Shown: in pieces, positions 12,144-24,870 of the stretch | How positions within the stretch are numbered: position 1 is the stretch's first letter | Layout of the letters: each line of letters begins with the position of its first letter | Origin: Massalongia carnosa | Lineage: Eukaryota | Assembly: GCA_965645245.1 (NCBI GenBank) | Contig: OZ287084.1 | Location: 806,001 to 870,000 of the forward strand | Direction of reading: 5' to 3' | Length of the DNA stretch: 64,000 nucleotides | Position numbers and translations under genes: made by a program | The notes under the pieces: generated by a model | Database searches by the model: none | What the model saw: only the letters and a program-made list of their open reading frames with translations | What the model was told of the DNA's origin: nothing

Positions 12144-12526
12144 AACGGTGTGAATGAAACAGGATCGGGTATCTCAAAGGACGTGGCTTGTTCCAAGGAG
12201 AAATAAGGATTGAATTTGAAAATCTGCCCAATGATAAATTTCACACTAAGTCGCGTGTATTGCAGTTATGTATGTACGGAGTATAGAATACTGATAAACA
12301 CACTAACATTGCTGATTACCATCATTACCTTAGATATGATTTTAGAATCATCACCTATTTCTTTCTCGTCAAACCCGACAATAGACCATATAATAGCTTG
12401 TGTGTTTCGGCTTGTTAAAGATAATTATAAGATAAAAAGGAGTAATCGCCGAAACCGCATCGCCTTTTTCAAACACTATCCACTTCTCAGATGTGAGCAA
12501 GGGACAAGGTCCATCAGTAGATTAAC

Positions 12527-13830
12527 ATGGGTCAAGAGACTTCAAGCCCCATCGATGAGAGCTTACCTCCAAAAACCTTACAGGAGAGAACTCTTGAAGC
12601 TGTCGCAACGCATATTAAAGAGGGTCATGTTAAAAGAATCGTGGTCATGGTAGGTCTCATTCCCTTTGGACTTGTGGAAATTGATTACTCTTTCCAGGAC
12701 GACTTCACTAATAGCGACTTTATCAGAGCGGTGCTGGTATAAGTACTTCGGCAGGTATTCCAGATTTCCGCTCCCCAGATACCGGCCTCTATGCCAATCT
12801 GGCTCGGCTTAATCTACCATATGCAGAAGCCGTGTTCGACATATCTTACTTTCGAAACAACCCGCTGCCATTTTATGCGCTTGCCCATGAGCTCTATCCT
12901 GGCAAATACAGACCGACGATATCCCACGCATTCCTGCGGTTACTATCAGATAAAGGCCTCCTCCTGAAACTATTTACTCAGAATATTGATTGCCTAGAAA
13001 GAGAAGCGGGTGTACCAGCAGAAAAGATTATCGAAGCCCATGGAAGCTTTGCCTCTCAGCGCTGCATTGATTGTAAGAAGGTTTACCCTACAAAGCTGAT
13101 GAAGGAAGCTATAGATAAACGTGAAGTTCCACACTGTCTTACCCTAGAATGTAACGGATTGGTCAAACCGGACATTGTTTTCTTCGGTGAACAACTACCG
13201 GAAGATTTTCATATAAACAAAACTTTACCATGTGCCGCCGATCTATGTATTGTCATGGGTACGAGTTTGACTGTGCAGCCATTTGCCAGCCTGCCTAACT
13301 TTTGCTCTGATGGCGTGCCAAGAGTGCTCCTTAATAGAGAGCAAGTAGGCAGCCTTGGTTCACGTGCTGATGATGTTCTATGTCTTGAAGATTGTGACGA
13401 TGGAGTACACAAACTCGCATCAGCTTTAGGGTGGATGGAGGAACTTGAGACGCTTTGGAACGAGACCTGCCCAGCAAAAGACACCCAATCACCGGAGAAC
13501 TTGACTATCAAGTCCAAAGATGAAGCTTTAAATGATGAAATTGCGATTTTAGCCAAAGAAGTTGAGGGTTCACTAAGGATCAGCGCTAATCATACCACAT
13601 GGTTGAGAGAGCATCTGGAAAAGAAACACTTAGGTTCAAGGCCTGCTGCCTCCAGAGATCAGGCGGATAACGCACCTCCTATTACCAAACCCTTGGAGAT
13701 TGCGTCAAATGCTAAGAAGGATGAACTTATACCGGTAGAGCTATCTCACCCCTTGGTCTCTATTGACTCTACGCCTGAGGGTGTCAGCCAAGAAGCTTCA
13801 CCTAAAGATCTGTTTTTGAAGCATTCCTAA
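12527..13830 (+). CDS. HST2: NAD-dependent deacetylase, Hst2/SIRT2-type sirtuin
   Basis: Intron 12650-12726 joins to GAGISTSAGIPDFRSP.TGLY; TQNIDCLE, EAHGSF, two Cys pairs (zinc site), KPDIVFFGE, MGTSLTVQPFASL. Confidence 0.9.
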
Positions 13831-14609
13831 AACTCATCGTTTCAGTCTGAAGTGGACAATGGCCCTATGATACCCTTTTCTGCTACACATACCCCCTGCT
13901 ATCTATATAGCTGTTTATCTAAACATTTAAATGCTCAAAAATCTATTCGGCTACTCACAAACCAAGAATTAAATATATAACAGGAACGGTAGCCAAGCGT
14001 TCCTACCGAAGGAATATTTTTGAAAGGGGAACGGCTGGATGAATAGCTAAGCGGATAAATGGATACGTAGATAACTGGCCTATGTCACTGGAAGGATGGG
14101 CTGAGCAGATAACTGATTGAACGACAGGTTCTACGTGTAGCCATTTTCTTTTAAAAGCAGTGGTAGCAATGTACTCCCAATCCCATTAATATCAAGCTCA
14201 AGCTCTTCTCCTCGACATTGTTGCTCTTAAATATTCTTGATGAATTACTTTGGATTGTGCAGCGTTCGATTTTCAAGGACAAATAAGACACGGAATTAGA
14301 AGCTGAAATCGTCACATTGGTGTGCACCTAGCAAAACATCATGTCTCGCGGGAGATAGATTTTATTGAGGTAACAGCTCACTACCTACTAGTTCATATTT
14401 ACTCCACAACTCATGGAACAGCTGGTGTTTTTACTGCTTTTAGGTCGCTCTTACCTTGTTATGCTATCATTTATGAAACCGAGTATAGTTAGCCATATGG
14501 AAAAGTCACCCTTCCGGAGCCCTTGGCTTTTGATAGCAGTCAAACACCATCCCCTATCTGCGAAAGGTTGCATGGTGAACTATTATTTTCTTTACAATTC
14601 TTATGTGGT

Positions 14610-17600
14610 ATGGGTTCGACATCAATCCTACAAATACCTATCACCATGGTGAATAACCAGAAACGGAAGAAAAAATGGATCTCTAAGAGTTTCTTTGGGT
14701 TAAAAACCGTTAACAAAGTATTCGTTATGGAGCCATTTCGCTGGAGTCCCAACAATGTATCCGAAGGCGCATCGACTATAGTTAACACCTCTATGGACGG
14801 ATGCAGCAACGAAAACACCGTGAGAAAATCGGGCACCGCTGCAAAAATACGTCGCACGGGTTCGAAACTTCTTTCGCTTGTACGCTTTTCAGGAAGCAGT
14901 GGTATGTATTCATATCATCTTAAAAGTAAAATCCTAACTGGACAGCAGGCACTCAAACCACTGGGATTTCTCCAAAAACCCCTCCAAGCGAACAGGATGT
15001 TGCTATATCTAGACTCGAGGATGCTCCGGTTACTTCGTTATCAAGCCAAGTGCCTATGGATGCCCCCACGGATTTTCACGAAGTGGAAGTACCCTCCAAA
15101 AGGAGAACTGTACCGCCGATAGTAGGAGGAAAACATGCTACTCCAGTATCTTCACGAGCCCCGATCGCAAGTGTTCAGAATCTCGCTGTCGAAAACGATG
15201 CTGTTCCTCCACTGGCGATTGATACTTGGTCTATAGAATTACAAATGCAGGCTAAGCGAAAGGAACATCTGGGCCTTCGCAAGAGCGTGTCTACACCTGG
15301 TTTAGCTCACCAGCTCTCACACAAAATATCTACAACCTTTGGGAACCCTACCATTGTACACAGACCAAATCTACGCACAAGGCCAAGCCTTCAATTGATA
15401 CAATCAAAGCACAACAGGCCCACGCTACTAACTTTAAACAGCGACCAAGGGCCAACCAACCAAGACAGTACAGCCCCTTCAAGTTTCAACACGAGTTGCG
15501 GTATATCGGCTGGCAATCGATCCACCGAGAAAACATCAACCGATTCGAATTTTGTTTCATCGCACTCCTCCAAAAATAGAGTCAAAAGTGAAAGAAAATC
15601 TACTCAGGCGAAGAACTTACTAATGGAGTCCAGAACCTATGAGAAACCCTTGACACCGATCGAGGAAGTGCCTCTGGTGATAAAGCCAACAGTGGTCACC
15701 GTGGAAACAACGGCCAATGCCAAGATATTCTTCGAGACTCACTTTAATCTCATACTTTCAAGCCAACAAAGTCCGCGTTCGCTAAGGCGCTATGAACTAG
15801 AGCTACGCTTGCAATCGAGGAGGTTATCAGCAGAGCAACGTCAACAAGAACGAGCAATGTGGGCGAACAAAGAGTCCGAGCATCTTCGGCGAGATCGAGT
15901 GCTTAAGAGCAAAACTAATGAGATGAATGGGAGTACGGGTGTGGCTGTGGCTGGATATGAAGTTGTACGGGTATTAGGCAAGGGTAGTTTTGGCGTGGTT
16001 AGGCTTGTTCGCAAAAAGGGGTCAAGGAACGACAACGCATCATCGCAAAGCTCTACGCCAATGATTAGTCCAAGTTGGAAGCAGTCGCCTCGTGAAGAGC
16101 TCAATAATTTGAAAACGACTGCCATCGAAGCCCTGAAGTCTACTATTGATAACCAGAGAATAACACGGCGCCGAGAAGGACGGAAACCGAAAGGAGAGGT
16201 ATTTGCTATGAAAGTCATCCGAAAATCCGATATGCTTCGCAACTCTCAGGAAGGCCACATCCGCGCGGAGCGAGACTTCTTGGTTGCCTCAGAGAAATCG
16301 AGATGGGTAGTACCGTTGCTTGCTAGCTTTCAAGACACAAACAACCTATACCTAGTCATGGAATATATGGTCGGTGGCGATTTCCTGGGCCTCTTATTCC
16401 GGAAAGATATATTAAGAGAGAAGAAGGCAAGATGGTACATTGCGGAGATGATTCTGTGCGTTGAAGAGGCGCATAAACTCCGATGGATCCATAGAGATGT
16501 CAAACCGGATAACTTCCTGATATCTTCGTCCGGGCATCTCAAGATCTCGGACTTTGGTCTCGCGTTCGACGGTCACTGGGCGCATGATCAGAGCTACTTC
16601 AATAATCACAGATACTCTTTAATGGAAAAACTTGGCATTGTGGTTGATGGAGACTCGATTGACCGTAAAGAAGGAAAATCGATAGCGGCTGGCATGGCAC
16701 TTGCGAATGTTCTCACGGGACGCAAAGAGCGCCATGAGAAAGCCCAGCTTGATGGCCCCGCTGACAATGAACGGATTCTGCAATGGCGAGATCGTAATGG
16801 GAAGAGGAAACTTGCTCGCAGCGTTGTTGGCACAAGCCAGTATATGGCCCCAGAGGTCATTCGCGGTGAGCTATATGACGGCCGCTGCGATTGGTGGAGC
16901 ATTGGCATCATACTTTACGAGGTCAGAGAACATGTAGCTTCTCACCCGCTTGGCAAGGCTAACCCATAGCTCTTAGTGTTTGTACGGTTATACCCCCTTC
17001 GTTTGTGACACGAGGCTGGAGACAAAAACAAAAATTCTTGTATGCCGCATTTCATAGGTGTTTGCTAAGTTTTGGACGGGGCTAAAGCGCTGTAGGCTAA
17101 CGCCACAACTCTAAAATTTCCTTCGGAGCAAGGCTTGGACAAAAGGGACCGAGTGTCTTATGAAGCTATGGACCTTATCAACAGCATCCTTCAAGAAAAA
17201 GAACATCGGCTTTGCTCGCCCAAGTATAAACTGAACGATTATCAGCACTCGAAGCGCATCCCTGGTCAACTAGTCGCAACGCGCGCCAATAAGCAATCTC
17301 GGGACTATCAAGGTCACTACGTATATCCTGACGATGCTACTGACATTAAAGCTCACGCCTTCTTCAGTGGCCTCACGTGGGAACGCCTACATCTCTCCCG
17401 ACCACCGTTCGTCCCGGATGTGAAAAGCCGGGACGACACCAAGTATTTCGACGAGGAAGACCCGGTCAGCGACGTGGATGATGCGTCGAGCTATTGCAGC
17501 GCGGACGACGGTCCAGATCCAGTCGTTCGACCAAGAGTCCCTCTCAAAACACCGCGCAGGACACAAGTCGATGGTGCCGAGGGACCGGCCGATCTTGTCT

Positions 17601-17866
17601 CTTTCGCTGAGGGCGTGACCCTGAAAGCTCCAGCGCTCACCAACGGTGGCGCACCCGTGGGTGTCACGGCCGGGGGTGGAGGACGAAGTAAGAAGGTCAA
17701 GGAGAAGAAACGGCCACGAGACCGGTTGTTGCGAGACAAGGAGGTAGGGCGGAAGGTGCTGGAGTTAAGGAAGAGGGGCGCCTTTCTCGGCTACACTTAT
17801 CAAAGACCATGTGTGGCTGCGGATGAGGAGGAGCGAGGCAGGTCGAGCACTTCGGGGAAAAGCTAA
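14610..17866 (+). CDS. AGC Ser/Thr kinase of the NDR/LATS family (COT1/Cbk1-related paralogue)
   Basis: LGKGSFGVV, AMKVIRKSDMLRNSQEGHIRAERDFL, HRDVKPDN, DFG followed by a long insert before SVVGTSQYMAPE, C-terminal hydrophobic motif FLGYTY. Introns 14902-14945, 16922-16976, 17040-17095. 5' end uncertain. Confidence 0.85.
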
Positions 17867-18295
17867 GGGCTTGGGAGTGAGGGTTCGGTGGATTTCTGGT
17901 CTTTGTGCTTTTTGTGGCATCTGAGCACGCTCTTCTCGGGAGGGGAGCTTTTGGTGAACGACTAGTCATGGGCTTGCGGTGGATTATTGGTCGCCAGCGG
18001 TTATTTGGGCACACGCGCGGGGTTTGGGTTGTTTTATCTTTATTGTGAATGCCGCTTTTGAATTTTAATCGGTTCACTTGCATGAAACTGTTCAACCAAA
18101 GTTGGAGAAGCCAACAGAAAACAGTTGAACCATTTGCCTTTGAACCAAACACCCTTCTGTACATGGACCCCCAATGCCAACCCGACTCCCTTCCATAAGG
18201 AGCCTAAGGAAAAGTGAGATCGAGTACCTACGCAAAGAACCTCCCCCCTCCCCCTTCCCCTTTCCCCACCCTGTAACAAAGGATAAAATAAACAA

Positions 18296-20302
18296 TCATG
18301 AAATAATCTCACTAGCAGCAGCAACACTAACACCCTCTTGTTCCGCAATCTCCCCGCCAGCCTCCTTCTCCGCCCACGCGCCCCATAACCCCCGCTTTCC
18401 CCGTATCCTCAGCGGTCCCCCAAGCTGGGTGGCTGACTGCTCAACCTTGACGGCGTCCTTGGTGGCGAGCACCAAGATCTCGAAAAACATCTTGGTGGCG
18501 TCGGCCTTGCTAGTGCGGGTTTCGGGAAGCATTTCATGGAAGAGAATTTGACCCTTTTTCAGCTCCGACTGCGATTGCGACTGGGTTGCGTCGTCGGTCA
18601 AGTGACCAGAGGGATTGGAGGAGCCAAAGCGGTCACGGAGGAGATGCACGGCGTGCTGAGTGCCCACGGAGACGGCGCCTTGCTCGGTCGGGTAAAGTAA
18701 CGGGGCGGTAGTTTCGTCGAATTGGTCGCGCGGGGGACTCATGGCCTCTTCGTCGCTGTGCTGGCGGGTGATATATGGGTCCATGCCGTTATTGTCGTTG
18801 TCGTCGTCCATTGCTGGCTGAAGCCCATCGTCAGCGGCCGGGAGATGGATCATTTCTAAAGGTTCGCGGATGGTGGTGTCCCCGCCTTCGATCGCGATCC
18901 CTTCGTCCAGCGGCACAAATCCATCATCTTCTTCCTCGGGAATCTCTAGCTGCGGCACCTCGGGCATGCCTGCGTGCGCCTCCTCGGCGTCCAAGTCCGC
19001 AACGCCGCTGTCTCGTTTTCGCTTCAGTTCGCCGGACCTGCGGACGACTTCGATGGAGAGAATACCACGTAGTTCGGGGGCCCATCCTTTGGCTCGCCCG
19101 TCGCCTAGGATACCCGATACGAAGCCTCCATTTTTTTGCATGGTTAGTAGGTTTAAAAGTACGGGATCCCGGGATAGGAAGGAGACAGGTTTTAGGATTG
19201 CGGATCTATCGGCTTGCTGCTGCTTGAGCTGGGCTTGGGGGATCACAGTGTCGCCATCGGCTTGGAGCATTTTTCGCTTTTTGGCTTTGTGAGGTTGGTG
19301 TATGGAGGGTTCTGCTTCCTCCTCACCTAGATGCGTTGCGTCGAAATCTCGCACCACACTAGAACGGACTGACGACAATGGTGACAGGGACTCTCTTTGG
19401 AGTTGCGGGTCGGGCTGGACCGTTGGTGCTGGAAATGGAGCGGTAGTATCCCCCGCTTGAAAGGCGAATTCGTTTCCATCATCCATTACCATGTCATCAT
19501 TATCGAGGATTCGAACGTCATCGCCTCCTCCAATCGATGGAGCTGCACTACTAGTACGAAACCCCGTAGGTCCCTCGTCGGGAGGGTTGTCTTGAATGCC
19601 CATGTCGTGGAATTTCCCATCATCGCTAATCAAGTCATCTTCCACCGTTCTTATTGGCGCCTTGTCCTTTCTCCCAATCTCAATGCTCGGTTCGTCATCA
19701 TCGCCGAGATCCAGTTCGAGCTCTATATGCATGTCGTCATCGTCGCGGATTTCTTCCGGTGGGTTTCGAATCTGCTCGACGCTCATGGGGTCGGAGAGCA
19801 CCTGACTTGTCCAATTCAATGGATCGTCTTTTCTAGGGCCGAAATCAATATCCATGGGCCGAAAATCGAGGAGAGACGGGTCTATTTCAGGCATCATAGG
19901 GTCACTAATTCTATCAGTTACGTTCAGGGTAGCTGCGCTGTATATGTTCAGATTTGCAGGGAGGTCGACATTGCCAGGGCGAAAGGCCTATTACCAACGT
20001 AAGCATTGGCACGTCGGTCAAGTCCCATGGAGGCTCACCATCTTAATCTTGAGTAAGGCTTCGTTGCAATCATCTAACAAGTACCTTGCCTTTCGACTAT
20101 ATATCCTCACTACACCAAGTAGTAGCTGGCCGCTTAGACGTAAGGCCATGGGCGCTTGGCCTTGGTCCACAATGGCGCTCACACTGCTCTCAATATCAGA
20201 TTGTAAGATGTGAGTTTTGGAGAGTTTGCGCTCGAGATTGGCCGAGAGCCAAACGCGAGCCAAAGGGCCGGTCTTCGAGAGCAGGGTCTCGGAGTAGAAC
20301 AT
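18296..20302 (-). CDS. RAD21: Cohesin kleisin subunit Rad21/Scc1/Mcd1
   Basis: N-terminal MFYSETLLSKTGPLARVWLSANLERKLSK...ALRLSGQLLLGVVRIYSRKARYLLDDC; intron 19988-20038; C-terminal ATKMFFEILVLATKDAVKVEQ. Confidence 0.96.
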
Positions 20303-20799
20303 GATGAGCGAAATCCAAAAGCAAGCTGGCCAAGCAAGCTGGCCAAGCAGATATGTAAGAACGAAGCTCGCGTAATGGGTTTAATCAGTGCGAAACCGAT
20401 GCACGAGTTTTGTGATTGCGTTGTTGATATAGGCGCGTCGTTTGTGTACGTGTGGCCGGAGAAGATGAAAGGAAGGGCCGGGCAGCAACAATCTGATAAG
20501 ATAAGAATATTGGAGGGTATTGGTTGAGCAAAAGCGATAAATTTATTGCGGCATATTGTGGCAAGCGAAGCTGGCGCTGATTGTACAGAGTACAGAGGAA
20601 AGGTTTTTGTAGTGGCTGGGGGAGGCGAGATGATGCGCGATGTTTGTGAAGAATCGATTGTTGCGACGGCGCAAAAGTTTAGTTTAGGGATTTTGGAGGG
20701 GGAAAGACGGGAGGTGCCGAGGATTTAAAGTTGTTTTGTCACGTGATAGTGCACGTTAGCCTGCTTACTTCATAATCAGTCAGCACTCGACAGATTTAT

Positions 20800-23113
20800 C
20801 CCTCGCTGGTGAATTGGCAACCCCCCTCCCGCACTAGCTGTTAGTCGCATAGTGTTAGTAAGCAAGAACATCAAAATTTGTTTACTTTCTACCTCAAAAC
20901 ATCACCATTATTATCATTAGAAAAATAAATCTCCTTACCATCAATTGCTTCAAACATCATATTATATTTTATTCAGCGTCATGGGACTAATTGAAGAAGA
21001 AATTCTGAGTGTTTCAGACAAATCCCCCATTTCAGCAAAGCAACATAGGATAAATAGCAAACGCACTGTTAAAAGCATCTTGGCTGACATTCCTCCTCCT
21101 CTTTCGAGTTACAACCCCATTTCAATTGATGATAGACCTCCAAGATCGCTGGTGAATGGTCTTGTTGCTACTCCTCTTGGAAATTTTCAGCTCTTTATTA
21201 CGACTCAGCTCTGTCGGACCATCGCATATCACACGAACATCAAGGCTCACGATCATACAGAGAAAGAAAAGGAGAATAATCATCGTCCATGGTATGACAC
21301 CATTGGACCAGAAATTGAGGTTTTTTGGGGCATTCTTTTGTTTATGGGCATGGATCATGCGCCTGCCACGGAAGATTACTGGAATCAATGCCCCGACAAG
21401 CCCATTTTCCTATCTATTTCACAAGCCATGTCCCTCGTACGATTTCAACAAATCAAGAGATTCTTAAAGCTTAATAATAGACGTACAGAACCTCCGCGCA
21501 TGGGCAAAGGAGTCGATTGGTGGAAGAAGTTGGAACCTCTTGCTACTGATTTTCGTCAAGCCTCGTTGAAGTACTATCAACCAGGAAGCATCATATCAAT
21601 TGATGAGCAGCTTATTAAATTCGAAGGTCGATCACGTCATACTCTACAAATAACCTCAAAGCTGGCTGGAAAGGGGTTTAAAATATATAGTCTTTGTCAG
21701 AATAACTACTTGATATCTTTTTGTTTGCCTCCAAAATTAGTATCTTTCTAAAAATTAAATCTCATTTTCCCTTTTTGATCTCTGAATCGTGATCTCTTTC
21801 GGAAAAAAATCCATGAAACCTTGTGTTTTTGCTGTAAAAACCCTCTGTTTTCTGTCGCTTTTCCCAACATAAACTGCAATGATTAACACGTATCAGGTCA
21901 CAAAAATCAGTCAGTTAAAAACCGCTAGACAACTGGGCTTTTTAGCAAAGGATGGCCTTTCGGATAGTGCTTTGCTGGTAATTCAGCTTTGTAAAAAACT
22001 TCCTGAACCACTCAATTACACTCTTTTCTGCGACAACTTCTTTACCAGCACAAAGCTATTCAAAGCTCTTCGATCACTAGGAATTGCTGCATGTGGAACA
22101 GCTAAAAAAGGCTCTGGATTTCCCGCGAAGTTGTTGGCTCTGCGGGATGTGGCCATTAAATCCAAACATTGGGGACTTCGGGCCAGTACGACTGTGGATG
22201 AGGTGCTCTGTTTGGGATGGGTAGACAATAACACCGTTCAGTTGATGACTCGTACTATTTACATCCGCTTAAAACGCATGGAATTCCAGAAGACTCCGTT
22301 CAGCCAATCATACCCATACCATACTATCCCTCAATGTACGCTCACATCATTTTGCTGCCTGATCAAACACCTTCATGGCCTTTAGGCCTACCGATTCCCG
22401 CACCAGTCAGAGAATATAATCTTCACATGGGTGGGTCAGATGGAAATGCTCAGCAGAGAGCGGTTTATTCTTATCAACGCCGAAGCGATCGATATTGGTG
22501 GCCACTGTTTATTTTTTTGTTAGATGTTGCTGCGCTCAAGCTTTATCTAATTGATGACTTTAGAACAGAAGGAAAAATACTCACTCGTACGGATTTTACT
22601 TATCATCTTGCCCTCAGTCTGATGAAGAATCCCGCTGGACAAACCCGACGACATGAGTCAAAGATAAGGATTCAGACCAACTCTGAGCCTTTAGTTTCTA
22701 CCCCGAGCACCATTATATTCATCTGGAGAAGAAGCGGAAATGCGAGCCCTGCAATGTCAAAAAAACAAGGCCCTCCAAAAGAAAAGGGGAGCCTTTGGCT
22801 GAAAGAGACGCTAAAGGCAGGAAAAGAAAGCAGCGAGGTTCTCAAACAAGATGGGCGTGTGGAGGATGTCATCCAATCAGACCTTGTTGTAAAAATCAGG
22901 CCTGCTGGGCGGCAATACATTTGAACTGAAAGAAGTAGATGGAGTTCAGGTAGATAGTAACTGATTGGGCAATTCTTAAAAAGGGTCAGAAAGGGTTAGC
23001 AAGCCGCTTATTTGATTGGTAGATATTTAAGGTTTCGGGAGCTCTAAATCATCTATAGCTAGTGCGGGAGGGGGGTGCCAATTCACCAGCGAGAGGGCAC
23101 GAGGGCACGAGGG
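20800..23113 (+). mobile_element. piggyBac-like DNA transposon, defective
   Basis: About 40-bp TIRs CCCTCGCTGGTGAATTGGCAACCCCCCTCCCGCACTAGCT (from 20800) and AGCTAGTGCGGGAGGGGGGTGCCAATTCACCAGCGAGAGGG (to 23097), then CACGAGGG twice to 23113. Encloses a piggyBac-type transposase. Confidence 0.85.
20981..22929 (+). pseudogene. piggyBac-family transposase (DDD) with an intron and at least two frameshifts
   Basis: MSLVRFQQIKRFL, ISIDEQLIKFEGRS, GFKIYSLC, FCDNFFTS, ACGTA, YNLHMGGSD, WWPLFIFLLD. A Cys-rich C-terminus (CEPC...CGGC...CCKNQACWAAIH*) lies in another frame and ends at 22929. Confidence 0.85.
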
Positions 23114-23116
23114 ATA

Positions 23117-24870
23117 GAAACTAGTAATCGAAGCGAGTCGCCTACTAGTGTCCGACACCTCAGTGACGCATACAGCTCAGTGACGCACTTTTCCCATTTT
23201 ACCTACTATTTTACATACAATTTGTGGACTATGACGCTGGTAAAACAGCTTTGCTTGCCTGGGCATAGATCGAGCGATTGCTCTATACTTTCGATCCAGG
23301 GCCAATTGCTTCTTTTCAGCAGCTAGTACGGCACGTTCATAGGCCTGGGCCACCTTTCCATCAAGTTTTCGTCGTGCTGTCTTCGCGATGGACAGCATCT
23401 GATTGGCCCGAAGGTCTCGCTCTGAAATCTGACGTGCATGAGCACTGGAGATGGAGCCTTTCACAAATCGTTCCACATGACAGTCCCACTCGGCATTCAA
23501 AACATTGTACTTCTTCAGGCTTTTCCGAAGCTTATTTCCATATTCAACAACTTCTTTGGCTGTGGAAGGTGTTCTGGCGAGCAATGGAGCTGATGGAAGT
23601 GGGGGCGGGGTAGCAGGCCTACGGGTCTGAATAGCCTCCACTTTGCGGAGTACCACTTCTGGATTATAAGGCACCAGACCCGTGTTTCTGAATGAAGCTA
23701 GTATGGTAGTTGACGTGAATGTTTGATTTCGCAAAATCGACAGAAAGTCGAGTTTATCGAAATCAGACCCTCCACCCCGCATCAGTTGATCAATGGCTTC
23801 GGAATGATAATGTTTGAAAGGCTGAAAACATCCTACATCCAATGGCTGAGTGAGATGTGTGGAATGAGGTGGAAGACGAAACAATTCGATTTTGTTTCGT
23901 TTGGCATAGGTAAAAAACTCGAATGTCATATGAGATCCATATCCATTCATGATGAGCATGCGCCATGCACCTACCTGCCCCTTTCGACTGTGTTTGTCGA
24001 AATGTTTCAACCAATCGAGAGCTAAATCATCATTGGAATAGCCGGTAGGACTGGTGGTCAGGAGAATATCATCATCCAAGTCATTGTGTTGGGCCCATTT
24101 CTCCAGCACCCATGCACCAGCGATTATGATCATGGGGGGAATATCACGCCCCCCTGCACTAATACATTTACACGAGGTGATATATTCTCTATTGTCCGAG
24201 TCCGTCAACAGCAAAGACTTTCTAGAATGAGTTGAAACAACCCAATGAGCTCGCCCACAGCCAATTCGAAAGCCTGTCTCGTCCATGTTCCAAATATCCT
24301 CATCCGCTACTCCAAAAGCCTCGCGAGCAGCCCGATATGTCTCGAAATATTCCAATATATCATCGAGGTTGTGCGCATGTTTTTTGTTCGACGGCTAGTG
24401 GTTTTTGTTTGAGTTTGAAGAATTGAGGATGTCGAGTCAGAAAACGTTTGGTCCAGGCATTGCTGACGTGAGGAGAAGGAGTGAAAACGTCTGAATGAGC
24501 CTCTTGAAGTAGATAATTTGCTGCCGCCCGAATCATTGGAAGTCTGGCAGATTGTTCGGCTTGATCGAGCATTTTAATATATTCACAAAGAGCTAATTCT
24601 TGTTCATCAGACAAAGCTTTGTTGGGCCGATTTTCGAACCACCTCCATTAAGTCTTCTCTGTAGAGTACGAATGTCCACGTCGTACTCCAAAGCTACCGC
24701 GCGCACACTTCGAAAATCACCCGTGTCCCACGCGTCAATAGCTTCAAGAATTCGATTCTCTTTACTGAAAGATAAACTGGACATGATGTGGTGGAGTGAT
24801 TACGTGGTGAAGAGTGGTAGATAAAATGGGAAAAGTGCGTCACTGAGCTGTCGCTTCGATTACTAGTTTC
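23117..24870 (-). mobile_element. Fot1/pogo-like (DD35D) DNA transposon, defective
   Basis: Inverted termini GAAACTAGTAATCGAAGCGA...CAGCTCAGTGACGCACTTTTCCCATTTTA at both ends; the right end lacks 36 bp present at 23137-23172. Flanks are TA (left) and TT (right). Confidence 0.88.
23177..24784 (-). pseudogene. Fot1/pogo transposase: psq-type HTH, CENP-B-type HTH and DDE_1 domain, frameshifted
   Basis: Three frames (24784-, 24614-, 24355-). IWNMDETGF, LIMNGYGSH (catalytic D replaced by N at 23945-23947), LPPHSTHLTQPLDVGCF; 35-residue spacing. Confidence 0.9.

Noticed and set aside
20319..20443. 13-bp tandem duplication and two CGCGT (MCB-like) cores upstream of RAD21
   Set aside because: Consistent with known G1/S regulation of RAD21 but too short to support without a TSS or conservation data.
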